A stretch of DNA of 48,430 bases, from positions 1 through 48,430 of IMG/VR virus record IMGVR_UViG_3300042474_001151; one strand, 5' to 3'. Source of the stretch: a virus. Taxonomy: Duplodnaviria > Heunggongvirae > Uroviricota > Caudoviricetes. Position numbers and translations under genes: made by a program. This document shows, in pieces, positions 1-12,585 of this stretch (position 1 is the first letter of the stretch; each line of letters begins with the position of its first letter). The notes under the pieces were generated by a model that did not search any database, was not told where the DNA came from, and saw only the letters and a program-made list of their open reading frames with translations.

Positions 1-2
1 GT

Positions 3-1094
3 AATAATGGAAACTGTTATACAATCATTGGAATAACGTCAATGTCACCGGAAAGTTCAGGAATTATTGTTGAAGAATATTCAACATGTTCAGAATGTAC
101 TGTACCACCATCATCGAACACACCAACGCCAACGCCAACAATTACTATTACCCCAACTATCACATCAAGTGTTACTCCTACCAATACCGTAACTCCAACT
201 ATTACACCAACATCAGGATTGGAATTAAGTCTAACACCAACCCCATCTCCAACACAAACACCAACCCCATTTGAGGGATGTGTTGAACCAACAACAATTG
301 AAGTAACTACTATGTGTTGTGATTATGATCCACAATTAAAAGAATTATATTTTGGATATTACGATGGATGGTCAGATATGATACGATTCTATAACGGACC
401 AACTAATTTCACGTTATATGCGTTCAATGGTTCTACTTTATCTACTCATCTCAATTATGATAATGATGTAAGTTTTGCAACACCTATTGTGGCATCATCG
501 GGGCAATATGGTATTAGTTATACGGGAACTTGTCACGGTGGAAGTAATAATATTATTTGGAGCGGTAATCAACCAATAGGTACTGAAGCAACATCACCAT
601 TCTTATATGCACCAACAGGACAAGAAATTTGTAACCCTAATAATGAACTTATATTTTTACTATATAATATTGGACAAACATCTATTTCTAGCGGAGCACC
701 TTTAGTTGTGGGATCACAGTTATATCAAATAGGGCCAAGAGGTGGTTATATAAATGTTTATAGAGCTGGTAGTTATTTATTACCTAACGGAAACAAATAT
801 AATGTCAATTCAATAGGTATCGTTGAATCTATAGAAGTCGGAGCTTGTGATTCTGCTTTCTTAAAACCAAGTATCGATAATAAATTTAAAACTATCAAAA
901 ACCCTACAGACATTAAATCAACTAGACAATATTTGACAGGAGTACAATTAAGGTCGGTACAAACATTAACTGAGGGTAATTGCTATAAATTCATGGGATT
1001 AGATGGTAAATGGGTTAGTGGTGAATTAATTAGTAAAACATCAACAGGATTCTTAACATATAATTTAGTGATAAATAAAATAACGTGTGGATAA
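3..1094 (+). CDS. 5'-truncated Cys-rich, Pro-Thr-repeat putative virion (tail/baseplate-associated) protein
   Basis: The frame is open from position 3 (NNGNCYTIIGITSMSP...), so the gene starts upstream of the window. It has a CSEC motif followed by a TPTPT tract. Confidence 0.7.
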   Translation, partial: NNGNCYTIIGITSMSPESSGIIVEEYSTCSECTVPPSSNTPTPTPTITITPTITSSVTPTNTVTPTITPTSGLELSLTPTPSPTQTPTPFEGCVEPTTIEVTTMCCDYDPQLKELYFGYYDGWSDMIRFYNGPTNFTLYAFNGSTLSTHLNYDNDVSFATPIVASSGQYGISYTGTCHGGSNNIIWSGNQPIGTEATSPFLYAPTGQEICNPNNELIFLLYNIGQTSISSGAPLVVGSQLYQIGPRGGYINVYRAGSYLLPNGNKYNVNSIGIVESIEVGACDSAFLKPSIDNKFKTIKNPTDIKSTRQYLTGVQLRSVQTLTEGNCYKFMGLDGKWVSGELISKTSTGFLTYNLVINKITCG

Positions 1095-1125
1095 TGTTAA
1101 AAAAAATATTTAATATAAACAAATA

Positions 1126-3819
1126 ATGGTAAGGTATATATATGTTAAACTTCAGGGGAACTCCGCAAATGGACCTTACAACATCTACTATGATGATTTG
1201 TCCACATTGGCAACTCTGTACTATGAAAATAGTCCGGCCACTGGTTTAACATTAAACCAATTAACTTTTTATGATGGAGTTTTAGTTTCTGTACCATTAG
1301 AGACAACTAAAATTATTGTTAAAAACATCAATTTTATTTGTGAAAACACTTTAGATGTTCCTTTAGTACCACTAACTCAAACCCCAACACCAACGGTGAC
1401 GGTTACACCTAGTATTACACCTACCAATACAATTACACCAACTATTACTTTAACACCAAGCATCACACCTACAAATACTCTAACACCAACTGTTACACCG
1501 ACAATTAGTTTAACACCAACTAGAACTCTTACACCAACACCAACTAGAACTCTTACACCAACGCCAACACCATGTATTTGTCCTGAAGGTTATACTATGA
1601 AACCAGATCATTCTGGATGTTATAAAGTGGTTACAACTAACCCAACTTTAAACACATATGACACACCTGCGGCTGGTGATGATAACGTAAACTACGGTCA
1701 ATGGGGAGTTAGAATTTATAATTTAAATGATTTTAATGGTACGGGTAACTCAATAAGTGGAACGTATGGTTTTGAGGGTAATACTGCCCTTTACGACGGT
1801 TCATCAACAACTACAGTAGAAACTTTTTGGTCTACAAGAATGAATGATAATAATGTTTGGGTTAGTGGTAATCCAACATATATGGGGATGGTTAGTTTTT
1901 GTACCACAATTACATTAACAGAAACAAAAACTTATTATATCGGTATTGCTGGTGATAATGATGTTACAATAAAAATTAATGGGACAACAATAGTTGACCA
2001 AGCGGATAATTCACCACAATCTAACTTTAAGTTTTGGCACGTATACCCTTACCAATTAAATGCTGGAGATAATATTATTGAATTAGAAAACTGGAATAGA
2101 AGTAGTGTAGGTTCATTTTCTGCGGAAATTTACAACAATACATTATCAGAATTATCAAATGCCACAAGTACTTCCATGATAACAAGAGTATTCTCAACAG
2201 GAGATTACTTATCTGGAGGTTCTAAGGCAGGTCAAGGATTCTGTTCTAATTACTCTTGCCCTACTGGTTACCTATTAGATACGTCCAATCCGAGTAACTA
2301 TCGTTGTGTTAAGACTGAATATCTTGATTGTGGAACAATTATACCAACACCAACTATAACACCAACACCAACTATAACACCAACACCAACTATAACACCA
2401 ACCAAAACTACTACACCAACACCAACTAAAACTCTTACACCCACACCAACAAGTACACCGAGAGATTGTACTGGATGTACGGCATATGATATTGTTATTA
2501 CACAAGGAGATATTAATTTAAGTACTGACGGTAAAGTATATGTTTATTATTACGAATGTGGAACATCCACAGGAGATATGTCATATTTAACATTCTCAAA
2601 TCCAGGTACGTATGTAGATTATATTTGTACGGACAACTGTTCAACAGAACCATATGTTTGTATACAATATGATGGATGTACATCACCACAAAATAATTCA
2701 AGATTAGTGGAAAGAGACGGAGATTGTGCAACATATAATACTTTATTTAAAAATGTTTCATGTGGTACAACTGAATACACATTCACAATTTCAAACCCTG
2801 GATATTCATATATTAACACAAAATTTGATTTAGGTCAAACATATGGTAATGTACCAGTAACAGTATCATACACATCATTGAATTCATTTAATGAAGTGTT
2901 TGTTGGTAATTTCGGTGAAAAAATTGGAGACATTTATACCTCTACTGTAGGTACAGTGTATAAAGAAGAAACAGTTGGTTTTTATAGTTCAAATGAAAAA
3001 ACAACCATGGACGTTGTTGTACATTCAATAGGAACAAACAATATTTTTATACCATATGATATAACTATAAAAATAGAGTGTCCAAGCACATTAGATTGTG
3101 GTAGTAATTTAGTTACTAAAACATATATTACTGGAACTCAAATAAATGTAACAGATCCTGGTTATATAAAATACGATACTAATACTGATACCGTTTATAA
3201 GTTTATATCATCAACGGGAATGCATAGAATTGATGATTGTTATGTTTACGAATCATTGGCTACCGGTACACCATTTGCAGATTTGGCATCATTCACTGAG
3301 TTATATAGTGGTTATTCATGTAATGCCGGAACTGACGATTGTTTAGAAATAACATTTGTTTCTAATGGTGAAATAGAAACCACAATTGGATGGGTTAGTT
3401 GTGTTGGGGCTTGGAGAACAAGAATATTATCCATTGGAGAAACCTTTACAACTTGTGGAATTAAAAATAGTGGATATGGTCAAGGAGTTTCAATTTCACA
3501 AGGTGATTCATGTTCAGGAACAGTAACACCTGCCGACATATATTATAACGATACCTCAGCCGAATATTATATGATTGGATATTTTAGTAATGTTAAAGAT
3601 AATAATAACATGTGTGGAGGATACCCAATTAGTTTCTATTATGTACCGGGTGTTGATTTATTTTCACCACCAAGATATGTTTTCCAAGATGCTGCTGGTA
3701 CGACACCATTCAATTTTAATTATTTTGTACACGGTTTATTCGGATTTAAATCTGGATACGACTATAATAATACAACCGGAGAGGTTGGATTACAAAATTA
3801 TACATGTTTAAATTCATAA
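1126..3819 (+). CDS. Putative virion protein (897 aa) with two Pro-Thr tracts, CPxGY Cys modules and a PA14-like beta-sandwich
   Basis: PT tracts at about aa 85-148 and 407-444; CICPEGY and YSCPTGY modules; YYIGIAGDNDVTIKING resembles PA14-type carbohydrate-binding domains. Confidence 0.7.
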   Translation: MVRYIYVKLQGNSANGPYNIYYDDLSTLATLYYENSPATGLTLNQLTFYDGVLVSVPLETTKIIVKNINFICENTLDVPLVPLTQTPTPTVTVTPSITPTNTITPTITLTPSITPTNTLTPTVTPTISLTPTRTLTPTPTRTLTPTPTPCICPEGYTMKPDHSGCYKVVTTNPTLNTYDTPAAGDDNVNYGQWGVRIYNLNDFNGTGNSISGTYGFEGNTALYDGSSTTTVETFWSTRMNDNNVWVSGNPTYMGMVSFCTTITLTETKTYYIGIAGDNDVTIKINGTTIVDQADNSPQSNFKFWHVYPYQLNAGDNIIELENWNRSSVGSFSAEIYNNTLSELSNATSTSMITRVFSTGDYLSGGSKAGQGFCSNYSCPTGYLLDTSNPSNYRCVKTEYLDCGTIIPTPTITPTPTITPTPTITPTKTTTPTPTKTLTPTPTSTPRDCTGCTAYDIVITQGDINLSTDGKVYVYYYECGTSTGDMSYLTFSNPGTYVDYICTDNCSTEPYVCIQYDGCTSPQNNSRLVERDGDCATYNTLFKNVSCGTTEYTFTISNPGYSYINTKFDLGQTYGNVPVTVSYTSLNSFNEVFVGNFGEKIGDIYTSTVGTVYKEETVGFYSSNEKTTMDVVVHSIGTNNIFIPYDITIKIECPSTLDCGSNLVTKTYITGTQINVTDPGYIKYDTNTDTVYKFISSTGMHRIDDCYVYESLATGTPFADLASFTELYSGYSCNAGTDDCLEITFVSNGEIETTIGWVSCVGAWRTRILSIGETFTTCGIKNSGYGQGVSISQGDSCSGTVTPADIYYNDTSAEYYMIGYFSNVKDNNNMCGGYPISFYYVPGVDLFSPPRYVFQDAAGTTPFNFNYFVHGLFGFKSGYDYNNTTGEVGLQNYTCLNS
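2344..2400 (+). repeat. Perfect 18-nt tandem repeat x3 (CCAACACCAACTATAACA) encoding PTPTIT
   Basis: Read directly from the sequence. Confidence 0.9.
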
Positions 3820-3823
3820 AAAA

Positions 3824-4114
3824 ATGGCAATAACAACATTAAAAGTTCCCGAAATATCAAACAATTTTAATAAGGTAGATAAAATAATTTGGTTTAATGT
3901 ATCTGACATCGAAGGTACTTTTAGTATTAATTTACATATAACACCTAGTCAATCTTTAGATACCACAATTACGGTATTTAATTACACAACAAACAAAGAA
4001 CATTTCAATAAATTATACCCAAAGTCGTCAAATAGTGGTATTATTAATGAGACAATAAAAATAAAACATACTCCCGGACTAAATTCACCAATTTACGGAC
4101 TAAAAACAAGTTAA
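3824..4114 (+). CDS. Hypothetical protein (96 aa)
   Basis: Fills the gap between two large structural genes on the same strand with tight spacing. Confidence 0.65.
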   Translation: MAITTLKVPEISNNFNKVDKIIWFNVSDIEGTFSINLHITPSQSLDTTITVFNYTTNKEHFNKLYPKSSNSGIINETIKIKHTPGLNSPIYGLKTS

Positions 4115-4129
4115 AAGTAATTATAGTAG

Positions 4130-7100
4130 ATGAGTTCATTTGAAATAAATTGTACAGTTGAGGGAGCGGCACCAGATAATCTAACACATGATTGTGGTAC
4201 CACAAAAAATCTAACATGGTCCGGAAATGGTACACATAGTGGACTTTCATTTTATTTAATAAACTCACAATTAAATAATCTCACACCAAGATACATTTTT
4301 GCAAAACCAAAATCTACTAAATTATTAAAATTTATATTTAGCTCCGGTTCATCAACATCAGCTAAAGTTAGAATTAAATATAACGTTGATGGAGTTTTAA
4401 CAATAAGGGACGAATATGATTTAACATCGGTAACAACAGGTACTGTGAAATATCACGAATTACTAATTGATAGTGATATTAAATCAAATGTTTTTATTAT
4501 AATAGACGTTATAACAAGTAACGGAAGTTCGGGATCATTAATCACTACTTTAGATTGTGACCCACAAGTTATATCTGCTGATTTTTGTTATGGATTTACA
4601 AATTCAAATCAATATTGTCAAGAATGTCCACAAACAATAACATTTTATAAAGAAAAAAGCCCCAATAGTAATGTTACAGGATTAACAAATACGAATATAG
4701 TTAATTTTTCACCATATAGTGACGGACCTTGGTTCGTTGACCCATATCTACAAAATGAAGTTGCTGAATCAACATTTTACACGTATAAGGTTGGTGATAA
4801 TACTAATAGAACATATTATACCTACAATAGAACAACACATAAATTTAATTTAGAAGGAAGTTGTTTAGGGGGAAAATATACGTGTGGAAATGATTTTATT
4901 ACACAAACAAATATCGTTGCAAATTACACTAACACAAATCCTTATTTACCAAATTTACCTAATGTTAAACTAAATGGATTAGTCTATTCTATTAAGGAAT
5001 TTATTTTTGAATTACCAACAAAAAATAGAATGGTACCAATTACTGTAACGACATCAGGAACAAAAAAAGATTTTGCATATATCGTTACGGATGCCATTAA
5101 TAGTGAAAGAATCGGTGATGTTAGTTATGGAGTGGGATATAATGAACCACATTATAATGCGGTCACAGAATTAAATTTATTTAGAAATAACAATTCTGTT
5201 CAGTATTTTACAACCACCACAGGTTTCGTAAGAGTGAGAGTAGCTATTGGTCAAAATAAAGGATTTAACGGTTCAAATGTTACTTGTTCAGTTAGAGTGG
5301 GTTGCGGACAAGAAATTTATGGTTATGAAATGGGTGTTCATCCATATTCACCATATGATGCTAAAAATAACCCAAAAGTGGTTACAACATTATGGTCAAC
5401 AACACCAATATCAAGTTGGAATGGAACTACAATAAGTGGAACCGCAATAACTAAAGGTACTTATGTGTTTAATGATAGTATTTTGAGTAATATGGCACTA
5501 CCTTGGTTCTACTCAACATATAATACTTCAATCAACCAAAATACTTATCAAATAGGTAATACGGTTAATAGGTCTTATGGTATTAAAATTGATAAAAAAG
5601 TAACAAAACATGGAATTTTTGGAAGTCCAAATGTTAGTGATATAGTTACAGGACCTAAAGATTTTTCAAATGTGGTAATGGGAACTCCACGTGTACCCGC
5701 CTGTATTGAACCTGCAATTGTTGGTGTTGGTGTTATTAATAAAATTTTAACAAATTCCGACATTAAAAAACCATCGGTTTATTCTTATCTTTTAGGTGAT
5801 GGAGTTAAAGGAACACCAGGACCATTTCAAGATTCTGCAAATGATGGGTTTTTTACATATTATGATTTTGCAAAGTCATCTAGAACGCCAATCACTGGAT
5901 TTGAACATCTATCAGATAAATTAGGTATACCATATGGAAGATCAACAAAAAATACAAATTATAATAAAATAATACAAGATGGTTTGGGAAGGGGAATTGC
6001 TCTTGGAGGAGTAGCTGCTGCAACAATCGGTGGTATATCAATATGGGGAACAACCATAACTAGCTATTTTATTTACATTGCGGCAACTATTGCATTTTGG
6101 GCTGTTGCAGTTATAGCAGTTGCTGCATTTATATGGGCACTTTTCTCAACCTCAACAAAAACATTAATAGAAGTTTGTAGACAATTTAATAAAAAATATA
6201 CAGGTGAAAATTCACCATACATATATCCAGGTACAATCATATATAATAACGATACTTTATCATCATATAGGATTGGTACCACGAATAGTTATTGTGACGG
6301 AGCATATTTTTATACAGTACCAACTAACGCAACAGATGGTGTTGTAACAAGTAAAGAACTGGCATATAAAGTTGTTAACAGTGTAAAAACTAATACCTTA
6401 AATATTTTTAGTTCTCTTGATAATTCCCAAGAATATATAACTGATTTTTCAAGATTATTTTTCTTGGCATATACTGCTGGATATCCTGAAAAATATACAA
6501 CAACACCAACGGAATATACAAACCAAGCAACTTCGGTAACGATTTACCAAGACAGTATCATTACAGGTGAATTAAATAATCCCGTTCCAATTACATATGA
6601 AATACCAGCTGGTACATTCACATCAACAAGTTCACTTAATGATGCAAATGATGAAGCATTAAAATATTTAATAACATTAACGGGATCAACAAATGAGGCC
6701 TTATACTCAACCGAACCAAAACCTGGTATTGAAAATGTTAATTTAAGTTTTACACATGATATAAAAATTGAAAATGAACCAAATTTATTTTTAATACATT
6801 ACAATAATGCCGATTCTAACGGTATTACCATAAATAAAAAATTATACTATGATATAAATGGTGATAATTCTGTGTTAAACGGATATTATTCACAATTAGT
6901 AAGTGGTTCATATAGAAAATTTTATAAAACATCCGCAGGTGTAGTTGTTGATGTCATCACATGGCAAAATAGTGGAGACACAACGGCAGTAGGTTCGTTA
7001 GGTAGTTATAATGTTAATACATCAAATCTTGATTATACAAGTGCGTGGTATATAACTGATTATAATTTAAGTGATATTGGTTTAAGTTTGTATAATAATT

Positions 7101-10100
7101 TAGATAATTTAATTAATGATTGGAATACCATAACATTTTATTCAAATAGTAAAATAAGAAGAGGGTTTATAAAAACTAAATCCACCAAAGATTCATTATA
7201 TCTATATGATAGTAATAGTAATTTAAATTCAAATAGTGAGGCTATAGAAAACATATACCGTGAAGTTTATCCCTTTGATTCGGTACCGTTTACGTATTAT
7301 AAATCACAAATGCTTTTTATTAACACCGTCGAGATTTGTGATTTAGATAATGATGATAATGGTTTAAATTTTAACGTTTTCAATTCTAATGGAAATTCAT
7401 CACCATCATATTTTGGAATTACATTTACAGTAAACATCTACACGGGAAGTACTGTTTTGTTTACAACAAAAAGTGTTACAATTGGACCAAATGAAACAAC
7501 TAAATTTGTTCAATTAGATATTCCATATACGGGAGGAACAATTACAAGTGTTAATATTACAAGTTGGGATTCACCAAACCCATATAATAAAACAACATTT
7601 GAACAAGGATCATTTGCACAAAGCGCGGGTGTTACCCCATGTGAATATTATAGTGGAACAACATACATTGTTGATTCATATGGTTTTGTACAATATGATG
7701 AATATAACCCAACTACAAATGAAATTGATAGAATTTATTCTAATGTTACCGAAGGTATATACACAATAAATGAACCAATTGCATATAAATCTTTAAAAGG
7801 TTCACAGGACGAAGTTAATTATTATCCTATTGCAAACATTAGGATTTTAGAAACTGGAGATTGTTATGTAATACCGACCCAAACACCTACACCAACAATC
7901 ACTTTAACACCAACAATTACCCCAACAATCACTTTAACACCAACGTTAACACTTACTCCAACACCTACACCAACAACAATTTGTGAATTCGGATTATCTG
8001 TAGTTGTATTAACACCTACCCCAACTCCAACGTCAACAGTTACGGTTACACCAACTTTAACCCCAACTATTACGCCAACAAATACGGTTACCCCATCATT
8101 AACACCTACTCAAACACCGACACCAACAACAATTTGTGAATTCGGATTATCTGTGGTCGTGCTAACCCCAACACCAACTCCAACATCAACAGTTACGGTC
8201 ACACCAACTTTAACTCCAACCATTACACCAACAAATACCGTTACACCGACGGTTACTCAAACTCAAACGCCAACACCAACAACAGTTTGTGAATTCGGAT
8301 TATCGGTTCAAGTATTAACACCAACTCCTACGCCGACACCAACATCAACACCAAACTATCCACCAACAGATATTTCATTGAGCAATAGTTCAATAAATGA
8401 AAATACCGCAACGGGTACAACTATCGGCACATTTAGCTCAACAAGTCTTGATTCAAATGATACATATACTTATTCATTAGTTGCAGGTACAGGGGACGAT
8501 AACAATGGTAGTTTTACAATAACAGGTTCATCATTAAAAAATGGATTTATACCAAACTACGAATCGAAAACTTCATACTTAATTAGAGTTAGAAGTACGG
8601 ATAGTATTGGACAATATACTGAAAAACAATTTACAATTACTATAAATAATGTTAATGAAACACCATATGCATTATTATTAAGTAATACATCACAAGCTGA
8701 AAATACGGCATCAAATACAACAATAGGCACATTCTCAACATCGGATGTTGATAGTGGAGATACATTTACATATACTTTAGTTGCGGGTACTGGTGATACA
8801 GATAATGCATCATTTAATATTAGTGGTGCTAATTTAAGAAACACATCTGTGTTCAACTATGAATCAAAATCACCATCAACTTATTCAATAAGAGTTAGAA
8901 CAACAGATGCAGGTGGATTATATTACGAAGGAACATTTACAATTACAGTTACAAACGTAAATGAAGCACCAACAGACATTTCATTAAGTTCAGCCTCAAT
9001 ATCTGAGAATGTTGCAACAGGTACAACAATCGGTACGTTTTCAGCAACAGACCCTGAAGGTGGTGCAATGACATTTGAATTAGTTGATACCGTAAATTAT
9101 CCAGATAATAATAGTTTCACAATTACATCTGGTGTATTAAAAAGTGCAGTTGTTTTTAACTACGAAGCTCAGGCAACATATTATATTAGAGTAAAAGTAA
9201 CAGATAGTACAACTTTAACGTATACTAAAACAATAACTATTTCAATTACGGATGTAACAATAACACCAACATTATCAGTAACCAATGCAACATGTCATGG
9301 TGGTACTGGTTCAATTACTGTAAGTAATGTTGTTGGTGGTACCGCAAATTACACGTATTCTAGAAATAATGTGGATTATCAGGTTAGTGCAACATTCGGT
9401 AGTTTAACTGCTGGTGATTATGATATCTATGCAAAAGATAGTTTTGGTGAAACTGGATATACGTCAGCAACAGTAACACAACCGGCACAACTTAGTGTAA
9501 CAACATCTTCAACAACAATACCAACATGTTGGACAGGAGCAACGGGACAAATAATATTATCCGCATCTGGTGGGTCTGGCACATATGATTACTCAATCTC
9601 ATTAAATACCGATACAGCTAACGCTAGTAGAACATGGCAAACAAGTGCAACATTTAATAGTTTATCTAGTGGATATTATTATGCTAAAATAAGAGATAGA
9701 AACACACCAAGTTGTATTTCATCTGTTTTTGGAATTGATTTAGCTAGAAGTCAACCATCAGCATCGACTAGTGTTACTAATGTTGATTGTTATGGTAATT
9801 CATCAGGAACTATTGTTATTTCTTCCATGGGTGGAGGACAAGGAGGACCATATTCGATTAAACTTAGTGATGTTAATACACAATCAGGAGGATCTTATCA
9901 AGTGACCACAACAAGTAGGTCATACGGTAGTAAACCAGCAGGAACCTATTATTACAAAATAAAAGACGGTGAAGGTTGTGAAAGTGATTGGTATTCAGTA
10001 ACGGTGACACAACCAGGACAAATAACGGTATCGTTGGCGGTGGGAAATCACCCAACATGTTGGACAGGTAATACAGGTTCAGTTGTTGCCACAGCATCTG

Positions 10101-11233
10101 GCGGCGTTGCAAGTCTTACATATTATATTAGTACCGATGGTATAAGTTATGGAAGTCCACAGGCAAGTGGTACATTCTCAGATAAACCAACCGGAACATA
10201 TTCGGTAATGGTTTCAGATGGTGGATGCGTTGCATTTTCTAACAGTGTAACATTATCTAAATCCGCACCTACCGCAAATACATTAGCCGCTAATGTAAGT
10301 TGTTATGGTGGATCTAACGGTTCAATTACCGTATCAAGTCCATCAGGCGGAAGTGGTTCTGGATATACCTATTCAAGAGACGGAGAAAATTACCAATCAA
10401 GCGGTTTGTTCAGTAATTTAAGTATCGGGACATATTCAATATACGTTAAAGACGGGTTAGATTGTGTAAATGTTGTTACAACAATAGTAATTACTCAACC
10501 CGCAGAACAGACTGCGAGTATAACTGTCGACACATACGCATCTTGTAATGGTGGTGCGGACGGCGCAATTACATTGTCATCAACTGGAGGAGCATTCCCT
10601 AAAACATATAGATTATATGCTGACACGTCAGCACCTTATAATACCTGCGGAGGAACTTTAGTTGGAACGTACACAGGTGTAACTTCAGGGTCACCATCTG
10701 TTTCTGTTAGTAGTATTGATGAATATGGATACTGTCTTGAAGTTACCGATGCTAATGGTTGTGTTACAACTAGCGGAGTGGTTGGTACTACAGCTTGTAT
10801 AGGAACTTGTTATGATATTTTCATCCCAACAAGTATGTTAACGAACAATGGTCAAGAATTATACATTGAATATAGAAAAACTGATAATACATACGTTAGT
10901 CGACCTTATAGTGCTTTCCCGCAATCTATCGGACCTAGTGAAGGAATATTAATTAACATTTGTAGTACTATATCACCAGCATTTAGATATGGTGTTTCTG
11001 GATTCCAATTTGTTGAAGATGTTGGAATGGTAATCGGAATCGGCGGTAAATGTGATAACAGTGAATGGTGTGGAGGAGGAGATCCTTATGTACCACCAAC
11101 TGGTGGAGGTGGTGGTGGTGGTGGCACTACTTATTCATGTAAAGATTCACCAGGTGGACTTTGTAGTGATTACTCTTCACCGTGTGCATCGTTAGGTTTA
11201 ATGAACTGTAGTGATTTGGAAGAAATTGTATAA
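4130..11233 (+). CDS. Giant virion/adhesin-like protein (2367 aa): hydrophobic segment, DUF5977-like domain, PT repeats, 3 cadherin-like domains, multiple SprB-like repeats
   Basis: Cadherin-like motifs ([14 protein letters not shown]...NYE...YxIRVRxTD...NVNE) occur three times at about 8354-9255. SprB-like repeats (TCxGGxGSITV...GG...YTYS...G.Y.I..KD..GC) lie at about 9280-10790. [23 protein letters not shown] resembles DUF5977. Confidence 0.8.
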   Translation: MSSFEINCTVEGAAPDNLTHDCGTTKNLTWSGNGTHSGLSFYLINSQLNNLTPRYIFAKPKSTKLLKFIFSSGSSTSAKVRIKYNVDGVLTIRDEYDLTSVTTGTVKYHELLIDSDIKSNVFIIIDVITSNGSSGSLITTLDCDPQVISADFCYGFTNSNQYCQECPQTITFYKEKSPNSNVTGLTNTNIVNFSPYSDGPWFVDPYLQNEVAESTFYTYKVGDNTNRTYYTYNRTTHKFNLEGSCLGGKYTCGNDFITQTNIVANYTNTNPYLPNLPNVKLNGLVYSIKEFIFELPTKNRMVPITVTTSGTKKDFAYIVTDAINSERIGDVSYGVGYNEPHYNAVTELNLFRNNNSVQYFTTTTGFVRVRVAIGQNKGFNGSNVTCSVRVGCGQEIYGYEMGVHPYSPYDAKNNPKVVTTLWSTTPISSWNGTTISGTAITKGTYVFNDSILSNMALPWFYSTYNTSINQNTYQIGNTVNRSYGIKIDKKVTKHGIFGSPNVSDIVTGPKDFSNVVMGTPRVPACIEPAIVGVGVINKILTNSDIKKPSVYSYLLGDGVKGTPGPFQDSANDGFFTYYDFAKSSRTPITGFEHLSDKLGIPYGRSTKNTNYNKIIQDGLGRGIALGGVAAATIGGISIWGTTITSYFIYIAATIAFWAVAVIAVAAFIWALFSTSTKTLIEVCRQFNKKYTGENSPYIYPGTIIYNNDTLSSYRIGTTNSYCDGAYFYTVPTNATDGVVTSKELAYKVVNSVKTNTLNIFSSLDNSQEYITDFSRLFFLAYTAGYPEKYTTTPTEYTNQATSVTIYQDSIITGELNNPVPITYEIPAGTFTSTSSLNDANDEALKYLITLTGSTNEALYSTEPKPGIENVNLSFTHDIKIENEPNLFLIHYNNADSNGITINKKLYYDINGDNSVLNGYYSQLVSGSYRKFYKTSAGVVVDVITWQNSGDTTAVGSLGSYNVNTSNLDYTSAWYITDYNLSDIGLSLYNNLDNLINDWNTITFYSNSKIRRGFIKTKSTKDSLYLYDSNSNLNSNSEAIENIYREVYPFDSVPFTYYKSQMLFINTVEICDLDNDDNGLNFNVFNSNGNSSPSYFGITFTVNIYTGSTVLFTTKSVTIGPNETTKFVQLDIPYTGGTITSVNITSWDSPNPYNKTTFEQGSFAQSAGVTPCEYYSGTTYIVDSYGFVQYDEYNPTTNEIDRIYSNVTEGIYTINEPIAYKSLKGSQDEVNYYPIANIRILETGDCYVIPTQTPTPTITLTPTITPTITLTPTLTLTPTPTPTTICEFGLSVVVLTPTPTPTSTVTVTPTLTPTITPTNTVTPSLTPTQTPTPTTICEFGLSVVVLTPTPTPTSTVTVTPTLTPTITPTNTVTPTVTQTQTPTPTTVCEFGLSVQVLTPTPTPTPTSTPNYPPTDISLSNSSINENTATGTTIGTFSSTSLDSNDTYTYSLVAGTGDDNNGSFTITGSSLKNGFIPNYESKTSYLIRVRSTDSIGQYTEKQFTITINNVNETPYALLLSNTSQAENTASNTTIGTFSTSDVDSGDTFTYTLVAGTGDTDNASFNISGANLRNTSVFNYESKSPSTYSIRVRTTDAGGLYYEGTFTITVTNVNEAPTDISLSSASISENVATGTTIGTFSATDPEGGAMTFELVDTVNYPDNNSFTITSGVLKSAVVFNYEAQATYYIRVKVTDSTTLTYTKTITISITDVTITPTLSVTNATCHGGTGSITVSNVVGGTANYTYSRNNVDYQVSATFGSLTAGDYDIYAKDSFGETGYTSATVTQPAQLSVTTSSTTIPTCWTGATGQIILSASGGSGTYDYSISLNTDTANASRTWQTSATFNSLSSGYYYAKIRDRNTPSCISSVFGIDLARSQPSASTSVTNVDCYGNSSGTIVISSMGGGQGGPYSIKLSDVNTQSGGSYQVTTTSRSYGSKPAGTYYYKIKDGEGCESDWYSVTVTQPGQITVSLAVGNHPTCWTGNTGSVVATASGGVASLTYYISTDGISYGSPQASGTFSDKPTGTYSVMVSDGGCVAFSNSVTLSKSAPTANTLAANVSCYGGSNGSITVSSPSGGSGSGYTYSRDGENYQSSGLFSNLSIGTYSIYVKDGLDCVNVVTTIVITQPAEQTASITVDTYASCNGGADGAITLSSTGGAFPKTYRLYADTSAPYNTCGGTLVGTYTGVTSGSPSVSVSSIDEYGYCLEVTDANGCVTTSGVVGTTACIGTCYDIFIPTSMLTNNGQELYIEYRKTDNTYVSRPYSAFPQSIGPSEGILINICSTISPAFRYGVSGFQFVEDVGMVIGIGGKCDNSEWCGGGDPYVPPTGGGGGGGGTTYSCKDSPGGLCSDYSSPCASLGLMNCSDLEEIV
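7968..8345 (+). repeat. 153-nt (51-aa) tandem module, about 2.5 copies: [21 protein letters not shown]...
   Basis: TGTGAATTCGGATTATC begins at 7982, 8135 and 8288, an exact 153-nt period. Confidence 0.9.
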
Positions 11234-11251
11234 TAAAACAAAATAAACAAA

Positions 11252-11259
11252 TATTTATA
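11252..11259 (+). promoter_or_regulatory. TATTTATA late-type promoter motif
   Basis: 4 nt before ATG 11264; the motif recurs upstream of many structural genes. Confidence 0.65.
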
Positions 11260-11263
11260 GAAT

Positions 11264-11872
11264 ATGGCAGTAGTAACAGTAACAGGAACGGGATTAAATT
11301 TGGCAACGGCAGCAAATAATTTTACAGTGGCAATTATTGATTATTTGGGTGCAAGTACTCAGTACGCAACAAGTGTTTCTAGATCATCATTAATAAGTGG
11401 ATATAATGTTACGGTTAATCCGGGAGATGTTACAATTAGAGTAACAAGTACTGGTGTTTGTAGTAGCTCGGCGGATATTAATATATCAATAGAGGCTTTA
11501 CAATCATATAGACCAAATCCAATCGAAGCCACCACATATGGAGCATCACCTGAATCTTTTATCGCGAGTGGTGGACGTGATGGTGGAGGTGGTAGTTATG
11601 AAGTAATAATTGGGGAGACGGATGTTTATTCTTTTATGAGTGAAACAGATTTTACAGTTACACACGTATCAACATCAGGTGGACTCAGTACAGGAGCTTT
11701 TTTAGCTGATAGTTTAGGAGCTCGTATTGTAGGGTCCACAACTTTACAAATGTTCGGGGAGACAAGAAGTACTTATACCCTAGACCCATCAATTAACACC
11801 TCAACGTATAGATTGACATATACTCCATCAGGATTATCAAGAGATGTTAATTTTTATTGGTTCGTAGAATAA
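11264..11872 (+). CDS. Putative structural protein (202 aa)
   Basis: Ser/Thr/Gly-rich beta-type composition; TATTTATA motif 4 nt upstream; structural context. Confidence 0.65.
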   Translation: MAVVTVTGTGLNLATAANNFTVAIIDYLGASTQYATSVSRSSLISGYNVTVNPGDVTIRVTSTGVCSSSADINISIEALQSYRPNPIEATTYGASPESFIASGGRDGGGGSYEVIIGETDVYSFMSETDFTVTHVSTSGGLSTGAFLADSLGARIVGSTTLQMFGETRSTYTLDPSINTSTYRLTYTPSGLSRDVNFYWFVE

Positions 11873-11951
11873 TCCATTTATTAAAAGTAATTAAATGTTT
11901 ATATTGTACCAAATACATAGTAAAGATATTTACTAGTGTACAATTTAAATT

Positions 11952-12560
11952 ATGTCAAATTCCGGTAGTTTTGCAACAATGTCATTCGTTATCCCATCAT
12001 TCCTTTTGGAAGATGGTACGTATTCACCTATCGATTCGGTAACACAAAGTTTTTTAGATTTTAGAGATTCGGGTTATTATGAACATGATAATACTGTTTT
12101 GGGACAATCACCTACATATCCATTTACCGGAAACACAACATTCACTTATTTAGGAGTTGGGGGAAGTAGAATTGATGAATTAAAAAAATACGGATCAACA
12201 GGATTTACACAAACCCTAACATCAGGTTCGAATTCGGAAGGAGTAGGTTGGACAGGATATACATTATCACATGTTGGGTCAACTGTAACAGGTGTTTTAC
12301 AATATAGAGACTATGAGGACGGTTATACTATGATTACAGGTAATACCACTGGATTTACAAAAGAAGAGATATTTGACGGTATATTAACGAGGAATGAACA
12401 CTTCTTAGGATTTGTGGAACAACCAACTGTTTATTCTGATGTTTTTGTTGAAAGAGGTAAACAAGGAGTGATGGAAGTTAACTTAAGATTGGGTGAAGTT
12501 GATAACATGGGAGAACTAAGTGTGTATAGTGGTGGGTATTTTAAAGTGAAAAAACAATAA
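11952..12560 (+). CDS. Putative baseplate-associated structural protein (202 aa)
   Basis: Structural context; TGxT-rich; C-terminal HFLGFVEQPTVYSDVFVERGKQ segment. Confidence 0.6.
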   Translation: MSNSGSFATMSFVIPSFLLEDGTYSPIDSVTQSFLDFRDSGYYEHDNTVLGQSPTYPFTGNTTFTYLGVGGSRIDELKKYGSTGFTQTLTSGSNSEGVGWTGYTLSHVGSTVTGVLQYRDYEDGYTMITGNTTGFTKEEIFDGILTRNEHFLGFVEQPTVYSDVFVERGKQGVMEVNLRLGEVDNMGELSVYSGGYFKVKKQ

Positions 12561-12566
12561 AAATTA

Positions 12567-12574
12567 TATTTATA
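12567..12574 (+). promoter_or_regulatory. TATTTATA late-type promoter motif
   Basis: Upstream of ATG 12586. Confidence 0.65.
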
Positions 12575-12585
12575 AATAAAAAGAT

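Noticed and set aside
7968-8345. Regularly spaced repeats resembling a CRISPR array
   Set aside because: The period is 153 nt, in frame within a CDS, and the intervening sequences are themselves homologous. No cas operon is present.
11914-11940. Inverted repeat TAGTAAA-GATA-TTTACTA over a TATTTAC variant
   Set aside because: The stem is AT-rich and does not include the start codon, so it is plausible by chance at this base composition.
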